Program-made: the position numbers and the translations under genes
In this document: in pieces, positions 18,358-27,911 of the stretch
How positions within the stretch are numbered: the first letter of the stretch is position 1
Layout: each line of letters opens with the position of its first letter
Notes under the pieces: generated by a model
Databases searched by the model: none
The model's input: the letters and a program-made list of their open reading frames with translations, nothing else
What the model was told of the DNA's origin: nothing
Source of the DNA: an uncultured delta proteobacterium
Lineage (GTDB): Bacteria > Desulfobacterota > Binatia > Binatales > Binataceae
Assembly: GCA_963808235.1 (NCBI GenBank)
Contig: CAWEEQ010000004.1
Span: 1,184,001-1,248,000 of the forward strand
DNA: 64,000 nt
Direction: 5' to 3'

Positions 18358-19161
18358 ATGATGCAATTCAACGGCAAGGCGGGGCTGGTGACCGGCGGAG
18401 GATCGGGAATCGGGCGCGCAACCGCGATCGGGTTTGCAAGGTTGGGCGGGAGAGTCGCCGTGGCCGATATCAACGGGGAGAATGCCAACAAGGTGGCGGC
18501 GGAAATCGCGGGCGCAGGCGGCAAGGCGATTGCAATCGTTTGTGACGTCACGCGGGCCGCGGATATCGACATGATGATCGCGCGGACTAATGCGGAGTTC
18601 GGGCGGATCGACCTGCTCCACAATAATGCATTCGGACTGCCGGCGGCCGCATCGAGCAGCCAGGTAGCGTCGCGAACAGCAGACGTGACTGACGAAATCT
18701 GGAACTACATGATCGAGGTCGGTCTGAGCGCGGTGTTCAGAGCGATGAAGCGCGTGCTCCCGATCATGCGCGCGCAGGGCAGTGGCGCGATAGTGAACAC
18801 GGCGTCGATTTCGGGACTGCGCGCAGATTACGGAATACCGGCGTACAACGCGGCGAAGGCAGGCGTGATAAATCTGACCCGAGCGGTGGCGATCGAATAT
18901 GCGCCCTACGGGATACGCGCCAACTGCATCTGTCCGGGCGCGATCGACACGCCACTGCTGGCACCGGCGCTGTCGCAACCGGGATTCGCGGATCGGATAA
19001 GGGAAGCTATTCCCGTGGGCCGGCTGGGTAAGCCCGAAGAAATGGCGAATGTGGTGCTGTTTCTCGCGTCAGACCTTGCGTCGTTTGTAACCGGTGCGTC
19101 GTTCGTCGCGGACGGCGGGCAGTCAGCGAAGACCGGCAGCCCGTCGTTCATTCCGGAGTGA
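18358..19161 (+). CDS. SDR-family oxidoreductase
   Basis: TGGGSGIG, HNNA, YNAAK; GGAGG RBS before ATG 18358. Confidence 0.9.
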   Translation: MMQFNGKAGLVTGGGSGIGRATAIGFARLGGRVAVADINGENANKVAAEIAGAGGKAIAIVCDVTRAADIDMMIARTNAEFGRIDLLHNNAFGLPAAASSSQVASRTADVTDEIWNYMIEVGLSAVFRAMKRVLPIMRAQGSGAIVNTASISGLRADYGIPAYNAAKAGVINLTRAVAIEYAPYGIRANCICPGAIDTPLLAPALSQPGFADRIREAIPVGRLGKPEEMANVVLFLASDLASFVTGASFVADGGQSAKTGSPSFIPE

Positions 19162-19204
19162 AATACAAAAGGACGGAGTCGCGGCTTAGAGCCGCGACTC
19201 CGTC
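19162..19204 (-). terminator. intrinsic terminator
   Basis: Perfect 15-bp stem GACGGAGTCGCGGCT-tag-AGCCGCGACTCCGTC (19172-19204) with a T-rich tail on the minus strand, between convergent genes. Confidence 0.8.
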
Positions 19205-19231
19205 GGGTTGGGGAGTTGGGGGAGGTCGTCT

Positions 19232-19766
19232 TTACTCAGTGGGAGTTGAAGAGCTCTCGCCTTGCGCGAACAGGGCATGCATCTCGGCGTGAATCGAGTC
19301 GAGCTTGGCCTTGGTCGCGGACACCTGAGCGAGCTGCGCCGGAGTGAGCACGTTGCGGATCGCGATCGCGTCCTGAACCTGCTCGTTGGTCATCTGAGCC
19401 TGCAGCGTCGGTGATCTGCTGAACCGGTGCGGACAGATCGGTGGCAGCGACCGAGCCGGTCGAAGTATACTTCGCCGCGATTTGCTCCTTGGCGGCTCTG
19501 AGCTGCTGGTACTCAGCCTTTCGCGCGGCGCGGCGGCTCTCGAAGATAGTGTGGATCTGTTGCTTCTGCGCGTCGGTCAGATTCGCAGTCTTCAACAGAA
19601 GTGGGAGGGGGACGCCGAGCGTGCTCATGCCGCCGCGCATGCCATGATGGCCCATATGGCCACCGCCGAATCCGCCTGAATTAGAAGATGCCACGTGCGC
19701 CACCGCGGCGACCAGGACAAGCGCCATAGTTGCCGGAACGATCGCGCGAGAAAACTTCGAAACCAT
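19232..19766 (-). CDS. Spy/CpxP-family periplasmic chaperone (1-nt frameshift near 19407)
   Basis: AGGAG RBS, signal peptide, Gly/His/Met-rich linker, LTDAQ motif; the second motif (RNVLTPAQ) and TAA at 19232 lie in the shifted frame. Confidence 0.82.
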
Positions 19767-19862
19767 AAAAACTCCTTGTGATGGTCGCCACCTTCGTTGG
19801 GGCAACGCTCTCACATGAATGTACGTTAAGCGAAAAAACCGGTTACGACTTTGCCGAGTCAG

Positions 19863-20711
19863 CTATGCTCGACGGGTCGCCATCAGGCGGTTTGCATCCG
19901 GATAGCTCACGGACCCATCAAACATAGAGGCGTAAGTGCCCGTGCCGAGCAATTCTCCCGCTACCTTTCGCACCGTGCCCATGGCGGCGAGAGTTGGCGA
20001 CGTTCCGACGCTAAGTCGTGCGACGCCGAGCCGCTCGAGTTCCGAAACATTTGGAATGCCTGGCGACGCGAGCAAATTCAGCGGTCCTTCGAGCGCGGGC
20101 ACGATTCGCGCGATATCAGCAGGCTTAACGACGCGTGGCACAAAGAGACAGTCGGCGCCCGCGCCACGGTATGCATTCGCACGGCGCACTGCGTGATCGA
20201 AGCGGCTGTCCTCGACACCGACCGCGAGCAGATACACGTCGGTGCGCGCATTGATCACGATTGGAACGCCGCTCGAGTTGGCGGCTTGGCGCGCCGCTCG
20301 CACGCGCTCGATCGCAACGTCCAAATCGTAGAGTGAGTGCGAGCCGTCGTGAATCTGATCTTCGAGATTAATTCCGATGGCGCCCGCGTCGATTACGCGG
20401 CGAACGGTATCGGCCACTTCGCGTGCGTCGCGTGCGAAGCCGGACTCGATGTCCGCGGAAACGGGAACGGTTACAACTCGAGCGATACGAGCGATCGCCG
20501 CAATCATTTCATCGCGCGGCATCGCTTCGCCGTCGGGATAGCCGACCGAAAAGGCGACGCCGGCGCTAGTGGTTGCGATCGCGCGGGCGCCGGCCTCTTC
20601 GATAACCCGGGCACTCATCGCGTCCCACGCATTGGGCAGGACGAGAATCCTCGAGCCGACGTGCATCGCGCGAAATGCTTCCGCCTTGGCGCGTTGTGTA
20701 TCCTGATTCAT
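19863..20711 (-). CDS. isocitrate lyase/PEP mutase family protein
   Basis: LPNAWD, ATTSAG, GYPDGE, PVSADIESG, GINLED, INARTD, GADCLFVP; GGAGG RBS before ATG 20711. Confidence 0.92.
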   Translation of the reverse strand: MNQDTQRAKAEAFRAMHVGSRILVLPNAWDAMSARVIEEAGARAIATTSAGVAFSVGYPDGEAMPRDEMIAAIARIARVVTVPVSADIESGFARDAREVADTVRRVIDAGAIGINLEDQIHDGSHSLYDLDVAIERVRAARQAANSSGVPIVINARTDVYLLAVGVEDSRFDHAVRRANAYRGAGADCLFVPRVVKPADIARIVPALEGPLNLLASPGIPNVSELERLGVARLSVGTSPTLAAMGTVRKVAGELLGTGTYASMFDGSVSYPDANRLMATRRA

Positions 20712-20795
20712 GTTGCCTCCGTCTGCGGGTCGATCTGTCGATACATACAACACCGCAGCGAGCCAGGTGTGAAATCGCGCGAACAAGATTGTGCA

Positions 20796-23700
20796 TCAAT
20801 GAAAATCGTGCGAGGGCGGAATCTGACCGGCGATGGTGATTTCCTCGAAGCGCCGCGCACGAATCGCAGTTACACCGTCGACCTGTTGCAACACGCCTTC
20901 GGCAAGCAGGATTCCGGCGCTGCGGAGCAGGAGGCGATGTTTCTGGAAAAGATCGGGCGTGACGATCAGGTTGGCAATGCCGGTCTCATCTTCCAGGGTG
21001 AGGAACAAAAAGCCCTTCGCGGTGCCCGGGCGTTGGCGCACGATCACGACTCCGGCGGTCTTCACCCACGATTCGTGTTTGGCGCGCGTGAGATCGTCGG
21101 CGCTGAGCACGTGCTGCGCGCGCAGCTTCTCGCGCAGGTAGGTCATCAGATGCGGCCCGGCAGTGAGGCCGGTCGCGGCGTAGTCGGCCAGCGTTTCATC
21201 AATCGGCGACATCGATGCGAGCGGAGCCGCGCCCGGCCGGGGTTTCACGCCCGCAAGCAGGCTCGCCGGATCGCGCTCGACCGCGGCCGCATTCCACATC
21301 GCGTCGCGCCGCGTGAGTCCGAAACTTGCGAATGCGCCCGCATAGGCGAGCGCGTCGATTTCGCGGCGGTTGGGGCCGACTCGCGCGGTAAGATCGGCAA
21401 TCGAATCGAACTGGCGGCGAGCGCGCTCAGTTTCGATTCGAAGCCCAATTTCCTCGCGCAGGCCGGTGACGTAGCGCAGCCCCATGCGCATCGCGAGTTT
21501 TGTTGTCCGTGCCATCTCGAGCGTGCATTTCCAGTCAGAACGAGTCACGTCGACAGGCAGCGCAGTCGCGCCGTGGCGCTCGGCGTCTTTCACCAGCGTC
21601 GAGGGATGATAGAACCCGAGCGGATAGCAGTTGAGCATCGCGGCAAAGAACGCCGCCGGATGATGATACTTCAGGTACGCCGACGCATACGCGATCAATG
21701 CGAAGCTGGCGGCATGCGATTCGGGGAATCCGTACAGCGCAAACGACGTGATCGATCGAACAATGTCATCGGCGATGTTGCCTTGGAGGCCGTTGCGCAA
21801 CATCCCGGCGCGCAAGCGCGCTTCGATCTTTTCCATTCGCTCGGCCGAGCGCTTGAATCCCATCGCGCGGCGCAGCTCTTCGGCCTCGCCACCGCTGAAA
21901 CCCGCCACCGTCATCGCCATTCGCAATAGCTGCTCCTGAAAAAGCGGGACGCCGAGTGTGCGGCGCAGGATCGGCTCGAGCGAAGGATGCGGATACTCGA
22001 CCGGGGCGCGATTGTTGCGGCGATCGAGATAAGGATGGACCATTTTGCCGACGATTGGGCCGGGCCGGATTATCGCGACCTCAACCACCAGATCATAAAA
22101 CCGCTCGGGCTTCATCCGCGGCAGCGTCGCCATCTGCGCGCGGCTCTCGACCTGGAAAACGCCGACCGTGTCGGCGCGGCGAAGCATCGCGTACACCGCG
22201 GGGTCATCTGATGGAAGATGCGCCAGATCGATCTCGACGCCCTCGTGCGTGCGGATCATCGGAATTGCCTCTTTCAGCGCCGCCAGCATCCCGAGTCCGA
22301 GCAGATCGATCTTGATGATGCCGAGATCGGCGCAGTCGTCCTTGTCCCATTGGATTACCACGCGGCCCGGCATCGAGGCCGGCTCGAGCGGAACGATTTC
22401 ATCGAGCGGCTGCGCGGCGATCACCATGCCGCCGCTATGCTGTCCGAGATGACGCGGGACGCTCTGAATCTTGCGCACCAGCTCGACCAGCATCCGGATT
22501 CGCGGCGCTTCCGCATCGACTCCCCCGCGCCGCAGCAGTGCCACGAGATCATCGTGATGATCGCGGAACTCGTACACCTGGTTGAGCTTGGCGAGCCGGT
22601 CGACCTGCTCGAGCGAGAAACCGAGCGCCTTGCCAACTTCGCGAACCGCGCTCCGGGTGCGATAGGTGATCACGTTCGCAGTCATCGCGGCGCCGCGCGC
22701 GCCGTAGCGGCCATAGACGTACTGGATCGCTTTCTCGCGATCGTCGCCGCTGGGCAAATCGAGATCGATATCGGGCCATTCGCCGCGTTCCTCGGAAAGG
22801 AAACGCTCGAAGAGGAGCTCCATTTTCACCGCGTCCACGGCGGTGATTCCGAGCGCATAGCAAACCGCGCTGTTGGCCGCGGAGCCGCGTCCCTGCACCA
22901 TGATTGCGTTCTCGCGGCAGAACTGGACGATGTCCCAAACGATCAGGAAGTAGCCGCCGAGTTTGAGCCGTTCGATAATTCCAAGTTCATGCTCCAGTTG
23001 GCGTCGCGTGCGATTGTCGACCGCGCCGCGCCATCGCTCGCGCGCGCCGGCGTAGGTGAGGATTCGAAGATAGCTGTCGACTGTTTCGCCGGGCGGCAAC
23101 GGATAGTCGGGGAAGCGGTAACCCATGTCGCAGAGCTGAAATGTGCATCGCTCGGCAATGGCGCGCGTCGCGGCGACGGCGTGCGGCAAATCGCGTAAAA
23201 TGGCGGCCATCTCGGCCGGCGACTTCAGATGACGCTGACTGTTCACCCACAACGCACGACCGGCTTCCTCGAGCGTGGTTTTCAGCCTGATGCAGGTCAT
23301 CACGTCGAGCAGTTTGCGGTCGGCGCCTGCATGACAAACGTCGTTGCTCGCGACGATTGGAATTTTCATCGCGGCGGCGAGCGCGGCTAGCTTGCGATTG
23401 AGGCGCTCCTCACCGGCGTCGAGATGGCGTTGCAAATCGATATAAAGATTCGCCGCGCCGAAAATCGTGCGCAGCCGATCGCTCAATGCACGTGGATCTT
23501 CGCCGCGAATCAGCATCCGCGCGAGCGGACTCATCACGCCGCCGGCAAGACAGATGAGCCCGTTGCCGTAGCGCTCCAACTCATCGAGGGTGATGCGGCT
23601 TTCACCCTTACTCGGATAAACGGGCGCCGCGAACGAGCCGTCGCGTGTGCGCGCGCCCGGATTCAGGATGCGCATCTTCGAGTCTGTGATCATCCGGCAG

Positions 23701-23969
23701 AGATTTTTGTAGCGCTCGCGATCGGGAACCAGGACATACAGGCGCGAGTTGTCGTCGAGAGTCAGCTCCGTGCCGACGATTTGGCGGAGCCCCGCATTTT
23801 TTGCGGCAAGATAGAAACGCGGTGCACCGTAGAGGCCGTCGCGATCGCCCATCGCGAGCGCGCTGTAGCCGAGTTCCGCGGCGCGGATTGCGAGATCTTC
23901 GGGCGTGCTCGCGCCTTCGAGGAAGCTGAATGCGCTGCGGGCGCGAAGTTCGATGTAGTCGGAGTTCAT
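20796..23969 (-). CDS. dnaE2: error-prone DNA polymerase III alpha
   Basis: YIELRARSAFSFLEGAS PHP start, QGRGSAANS, PDIDLD, PRHLGQHSGG, YGFPESHAASFA, RQRPGTAKG, C-terminal SHDFH. Confidence 0.96.
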   Translation of the reverse strand: MNSDYIELRARSAFSFLEGASTPEDLAIRAAELGYSALAMGDRDGLYGAPRFYLAAKNAGLRQIVGTELTLDDNSRLYVLVPDRERYKNLCRMITDSKMRILNPGARTRDGSFAAPVYPSKGESRITLDELERYGNGLICLAGGVMSPLARMLIRGEDPRALSDRLRTIFGAANLYIDLQRHLDAGEERLNRKLAALAAAMKIPIVASNDVCHAGADRKLLDVMTCIRLKTTLEEAGRALWVNSQRHLKSPAEMAAILRDLPHAVAATRAIAERCTFQLCDMGYRFPDYPLPPGETVDSYLRILTYAGARERWRGAVDNRTRRQLEHELGIIERLKLGGYFLIVWDIVQFCRENAIMVQGRGSAANSAVCYALGITAVDAVKMELLFERFLSEERGEWPDIDLDLPSGDDREKAIQYVYGRYGARGAAMTANVITYRTRSAVREVGKALGFSLEQVDRLAKLNQVYEFRDHHDDLVALLRRGGVDAEAPRIRMLVELVRKIQSVPRHLGQHSGGMVIAAQPLDEIVPLEPASMPGRVVIQWDKDDCADLGIIKIDLLGLGMLAALKEAIPMIRTHEGVEIDLAHLPSDDPAVYAMLRRADTVGVFQVESRAQMATLPRMKPERFYDLVVEVAIIRPGPIVGKMVHPYLDRRNNRAPVEYPHPSLEPILRRTLGVPLFQEQLLRMAMTVAGFSGGEAEELRRAMGFKRSAERMEKIEARLRAGMLRNGLQGNIADDIVRSITSFALYGFPESHAASFALIAYASAYLKYHHPAAFFAAMLNCYPLGFYHPSTLVKDAERHGATALPVDVTRSDWKCTLEMARTTKLAMRMGLRYVTGLREEIGLRIETERARRQFDSIADLTARVGPNRREIDALAYAGAFASFGLTRRDAMWNAAAVERDPASLLAGVKPRPGAAPLASMSPIDETLADYAATGLTAGPHLMTYLREKLRAQHVLSADDLTRAKHESWVKTAGVVIVRQRPGTAKGFLFLTLEDETGIANLIVTPDLFQKHRLLLRSAGILLAEGVLQQVDGVTAIRARRFEEITIAGQIPPSHDFH

Positions 23970-23982
23970 GTCGCGAGCCAAG

Positions 23983-25705
23983 TCAGTCGTAGGCACCGTC
24001 GAGGAACCATTGGTCACGAGTTCAGATCGCGGAAGACGCGATACACGCCGCCGTCTTCGAGCGCGAGTTCATAGTAATCGCGAGCGAAACCGCATTTCGT
24101 GGCGCCGTTCATTGCCGTTCGCGCAGCGCGTTCGGAAGAACCATTGAGATGCGGGTTGGGTGAGGATGTTGATGTGAGCGAGGACAACGCCTTCAAGTTT
24201 TGCGCGGATACTTCGCGCGGATGCGCTCCGAACATGCGCCCGTCGTGTAACTCCAGGCCGCGCTCTGCTGCGGCGAGACTTTTTTGGCCGGATGAATCTG
24301 CCTGCATATCCGCGACGCTTCCAAGCCACCATTCGCCGTCGCGGCGCCATGGGCCGGCGATCGAGATCACCCGCGCGCTGAGATTCTCTCCGCGAACGAA
24401 TTCCGGAATTTCCCGCGAGCACATCACTTCGATCTCCCGCGCCGGCCGAATCGCGCGTATCACCAGTTGAGTCACACTTTTCGCGGCTCCGTTTTCAGAA
24501 ATTAGCGGCGGTGCGGGCGGCGCAAACGGATCGAGCCGCATCGCTTCCGGCCGATGCGAATTTTCCGCGCTGATTGCGCCAACGTTGCCGGGACCGCATA
24601 GCGCGGACAGGCGCGCGATCGTGGTCTGCAACTTGTCCGGCGCGGGACACGGCGGGAGAAACATATCGGCCTGCGCGGGACGCGGAACGCGCTGTGCAAT
24701 CTCGATTCGAATCGTTTCAACCGCAGCCTCGGGCGGCGCGGTTTCGAGATTCAGGTTGATGAGAGTGAGAATCGCGCGGACGTCGTTCGATGGCGCCGCG
24801 ACCGCGACCCGGCGGCTGAAACTGCGATGACCGCTCATCCCGAACGCCAGCGTGATATCGCCGGCTACCAGTCCGCGAAGCGAAAGCCGCTCGGCGAGCC
24901 GCTCGAGCATCGTGCGCATGACAAATCCGAGCGGCTCCAGGTTTTCGATTCCGTATTCGAGCTCGATTGTTTCAGTGAAGAGCTCGGCGCGGCGGCGGGG
25001 CACCAGCGGTGCATGACTTCCGCCGCGCGCCAATCTGACCAGCTCCACGCCGGCGCGGCCAAGCCGCGTGCCTATTGCGTCAGGACTAAGCCGCGCCAGT
25101 TCGCCCAGCCGACGCATCCCCCATCTTGCGAGCGTGGTCTCGAGATCGTCGCCGCGATCTGATTTTCCGAGAGCGAGCATGTCGAGCGGCAACCAGTTCA
25201 GGAACTCGCGCTCGCGCCCGGCTTCGATCACGCGCACCCCGCCGCATCGCGCGGCCAGATGCGCCAGTTCCTTGTTTGAGGCGATGCCGATGGCGGATTG
25301 CATGCCGACTCTTCGCACACATCGCGTAATTTCAGCGGCGATTTCTTCTTCGCCGCGGTAGATGCGATTCAATCCCGCGAGATCGAGCCAAACGCATCCC
25401 GGCACACCCGACTCGACCACCGGCGAAACCGATTCGGCCGCGTCGAGCAACGCCGAATGCGCCGAACTTTCCGCGGCTGACGAGCTATGGACAACAATCA
25501 GATCGGAGGAGACGGTGCGCGCTTGCGCGATCGTCATCCCGGGGCGGATTCCGAGCTCACGCGCGCAGTTCGAGACGGCGTCGAGGTCGGCGTGCGGGGC
25601 GAGGCTTCGCGCGATCGCCAGCACCTTGCCTTCGAGCTCGGGATTCGAGCGCACCAGCGCTGCGATCGAAAAATCGGCGACCAGGATGCACGCGATACGA
25701 GCCAT
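23983..25705 (-). CDS. imuB: ImuB Y-family polymerase-like scaffold (1-nt frameshift near 24016)
   Basis: GIRPGMTIAQA, SPVVE, QADMF clamp-binding motif, AGPWRRDGEWW, RDYY; conserved tail DQWFLDGAYD* sits one frame over, ending at 23983. Confidence 0.9.
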
Positions 25706-25720
25706 CGGGACAACACCATG

Positions 25721-26614
25721 CTAGCTGCGCGATGCGGCGCGAGTGACAAAATCATGAAGACGAGAATCGGCAAGTTCTGTAAGACCAACAAAATCTTTAA
25801 ATTCAATTGGATCGATCAGCGCGCGGACGCGAACGTGCCGTCCCGTCCCGCCCATCTTGTTTCGCGCGACCATCGCATCCATCGCGAGTCCGTCGAACGT
25901 TACGGGTGAGCCCGGAGCGAGCCGGCTGAATGACGTCTCGGCGCGAGTGGTCGCGAGACTCAGCGCCGCGAACGTACCGCACATCCGCCATGGAGCGAGC
26001 GCGATCACGGCTGCGCCACTGCGCTCGGCGGCGCGCGCGATTCGCAGCGCTGAGGAATGCGCGAGCGCGCGGGGAGCCTCGCCGAAATCGATCACGACCA
26101 GGCCGAAGCCGCCCGCCTCGAGCACGAGCTCGGCCGCTTTGACGATTGCGGATTGCCGTCGCGCGAGCGCGCTGGCTGCGAAGCGCGGCGGGAAAGTTGT
26201 GCGCGAGATCCTCGATGCCGACGTCATCGACGCCCACAGCATCCTGCGCAGCTCGACCCCGGCCGCGGCCATGCTCTCCGGATCGAAACTGCCCGAACTG
26301 TCGAGCCATGCGGCGACCTCGCCACGATGGGTGGCTGTGGCGGCAAACGATGCGGCTAGCGAGGTCTTGCCGGAACCGGGTAGGCCGGTGATTTCGCTGA
26401 TTCGCCCGCGCGGGATTCCGCCGTCGACTAGCTCGTCGAGGGGAGCGAGTCCGGAGCTTAGGCGGCGGTTCTTAACAGTAAGCTCGCGACCGCGAAAAAC
26501 TCCTGAAAATTCAAGTAGTTGCGGCTTTTCGACCGAGGTATGCGACGGCAACCTGATAGCCGGAATCCGGGTGGTAGAGGGGTCGTTCCACAGAGGTTTT
26601 GGCAATGCGGCCAC
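25721..26614 (-). CDS. imuA: ImuA/RecA-like protein
   Basis: SGLAPLDELVDGGIPRGRISEITGLPGSGKTS (Walker A), GGFGLVVID; first gene of the imu cassette. GTG 26614 preferred because the annotated TTG is part of a -35 hexamer. Confidence 0.87.
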   Translation of the reverse strand: MAALPKPLWNDPSTTRIPAIRLPSHTSVEKPQLLEFSGVFRGRELTVKNRRLSSGLAPLDELVDGGIPRGRISEITGLPGSGKTSLAASFAATATHRGEVAAWLDSSGSFDPESMAAAGVELRRMLWASMTSASRISRTTFPPRFAASALARRQSAIVKAAELVLEAGGFGLVVIDFGEAPRALAHSSALRIARAAERSGAAVIALAPWRMCGTFAALSLATTRAETSFSRLAPGSPVTFDGLAMDAMVARNKMGGTGRHVRVRALIDPIEFKDFVGLTELADSRLHDFVTRAASRS

Positions 26615-26620
26615 ATATTC

Positions 26621-26650
26621 AGTTTTCGCTCTTTCTTCGCTTTTTGTCAA
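26621..26650 (-). promoter_or_regulatory. imuA promoter with direct-repeat candidate SOS operator
   Basis: Minus strand TTGACA-18 nt-AAAACT; GCGAA-N6-GCGAA direct repeat (26625-26640) lies between them. Confidence 0.55.
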
Positions 26651-26672
26651 ACCAAAAATAGGTGGGGATCGA

Positions 26673-27911
26673 TCATTCTTCCATCTGGACGCGGGTGGTG
26701 CCGTGCAGGAACGGATCGAATCGGCGGACGAGAAAGCTGCTCAGGAAAAGTTTCGCGAACGCGATTGTCGGTGCGCTGGTGACAATCCGACTGGCGAGTG
26801 AGTTAGACGCCGCGAAGCGCGGGCCGACTTGCTGCAGATCCTGGATCGTCACTATCTCGGGCCATCGCTCGGCCTGAATATTGCGCGCGGCAAAATCGAG
26901 CGTGGCGGCGTCGGAGCGCATCGCGAGTGCGCGTCCGAGACGGTTGCCCGCGACGATCGCGTCACGCAGTGCGACGTTGATTCCCTGTCCGCCGACCGGC
27001 GACATCGGATGCGCCGCGTCGCCGATGAGGAGCAAGCCAGGCGCGGTCCATTCGCGCAGCCGTTCGCATATGACGTCGAGCAGAAAAGGATGGGTGAGAG
27101 CACCGCGATTTGCCGCGAAGAATTGCCGCAAGTCATCCGACACATGCGGCGTCATCTCGGAGAGCCAACCGTCGGCGCCCATTTTGCGGAGATCGCCGAA
27201 AGTGCCCTTGTCGATTATCCAACCGAACTGCATGTGACCTTCGGGCGAGGGATAGATGATGAGCAGGTGGCCGCTCCCGAGGTAGGCGCGACCGATGCGC
27301 CCGTCGAGAAAATAACCGGGGACGTGGCCCCACATGACGTCGAAGCCCTGCATGATCCGGTCTTGCTGGAACGCGGCGCGCTTACGAATGACCGACGCGC
27401 GTCCGTCGCATGCGATAACGAAGTCGGCGCGAAAATCGCGCGGACCGGCGGCGGTATCGGCGCGGACTCCGACCACGCGATTATTTTCCTCGATCAGATC
27501 GCGCACCGTGGTTCCGCGCTCGAGCGTGAAGCCGGGAAATTTGGCCGCCTCGGCGACGATCATTTCGAGCATTGCGGGCTGCGGCACGACCAGCGGCTGC
27601 GGGTCGAGATTCGCGATCGGAATCGAGATCAGCCGCCGCTCGCCGCGAAAAATCTCCACTGTCTCAAGCGACCGATGAGGCAGGGCGTCGAACTGGCGGC
27701 GAAGTCCGGCCTCCTGGAGCGCGGCGATTCCCGACGGCATCAGCACTTCGCCGCGGAACTCGCGCGAGAAATCGCTCTGTCGTTCGAGCAGGGTGACAGA
27801 GACGCCGCGCCGTGCGAGCAGGTAGGCGAGGGTGGCGCCCGCCGGTCCGGCGCCTACGACGATGGCGCGCGAGGTATGCGGATTGGCGATCGATGACTCG
27901 TCGTTGGGCAT
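26673..27911 (-). CDS. FAD-dependent oxidoreductase (UbiH/aromatic monooxygenase family)
   Basis: VVGAGPAG, ACDGRAS, LIGDAAHPMSPVGGQGINVALRDA; start overlaps the MFS stop (TGATG). Confidence 0.9.
   Translation of the reverse strand: MPNDESSIANPHTSRAIVVGAGPAGATLAYLLARRGVSVTLLERQSDFSREFRGEVLMPSGIAALQEAGLRRQFDALPHRSLETVEIFRGERRLISIPIANLDPQPLVVPQPAMLEMIVAEAAKFPGFTLERGTTVRDLIEENNRVVGVRADTAAGPRDFRADFVIACDGRASVIRKRAAFQQDRIMQGFDVMWGHVPGYFLDGRIGRAYLGSGHLLIIYPSPEGHMQFGWIIDKGTFGDLRKMGADGWLSEMTPHVSDDLRQFFAANRGALTHPFLLDVICERLREWTAPGLLLIGDAAHPMSPVGGQGINVALRDAIVAGNRLGRALAMRSDAATLDFAARNIQAERWPEIVTIQDLQQVGPRFAASNSLASRIVTSAPTIAFAKLFLSSFLVRRFDPFLHGTTRVQMEE

Noticed and set aside
20337-21929. Long antisense ORFs (also 37939-39453, 47082-48641, 54275-55777, 59183-60499)
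   Set aside because: Shadow ORFs opposite well-supported genes, expected in high-GC DNA; no motifs recognised.
24014-24017. imuB TGA as selenocysteine, or GTGA coupling/fusion to dnaE2
   Set aside because: The conserved ImuB tail WFLDGAYD lies in the +1 frame, so an indel explains it; read-through would not restore it, and dnaE2 has a typical start at 23969.
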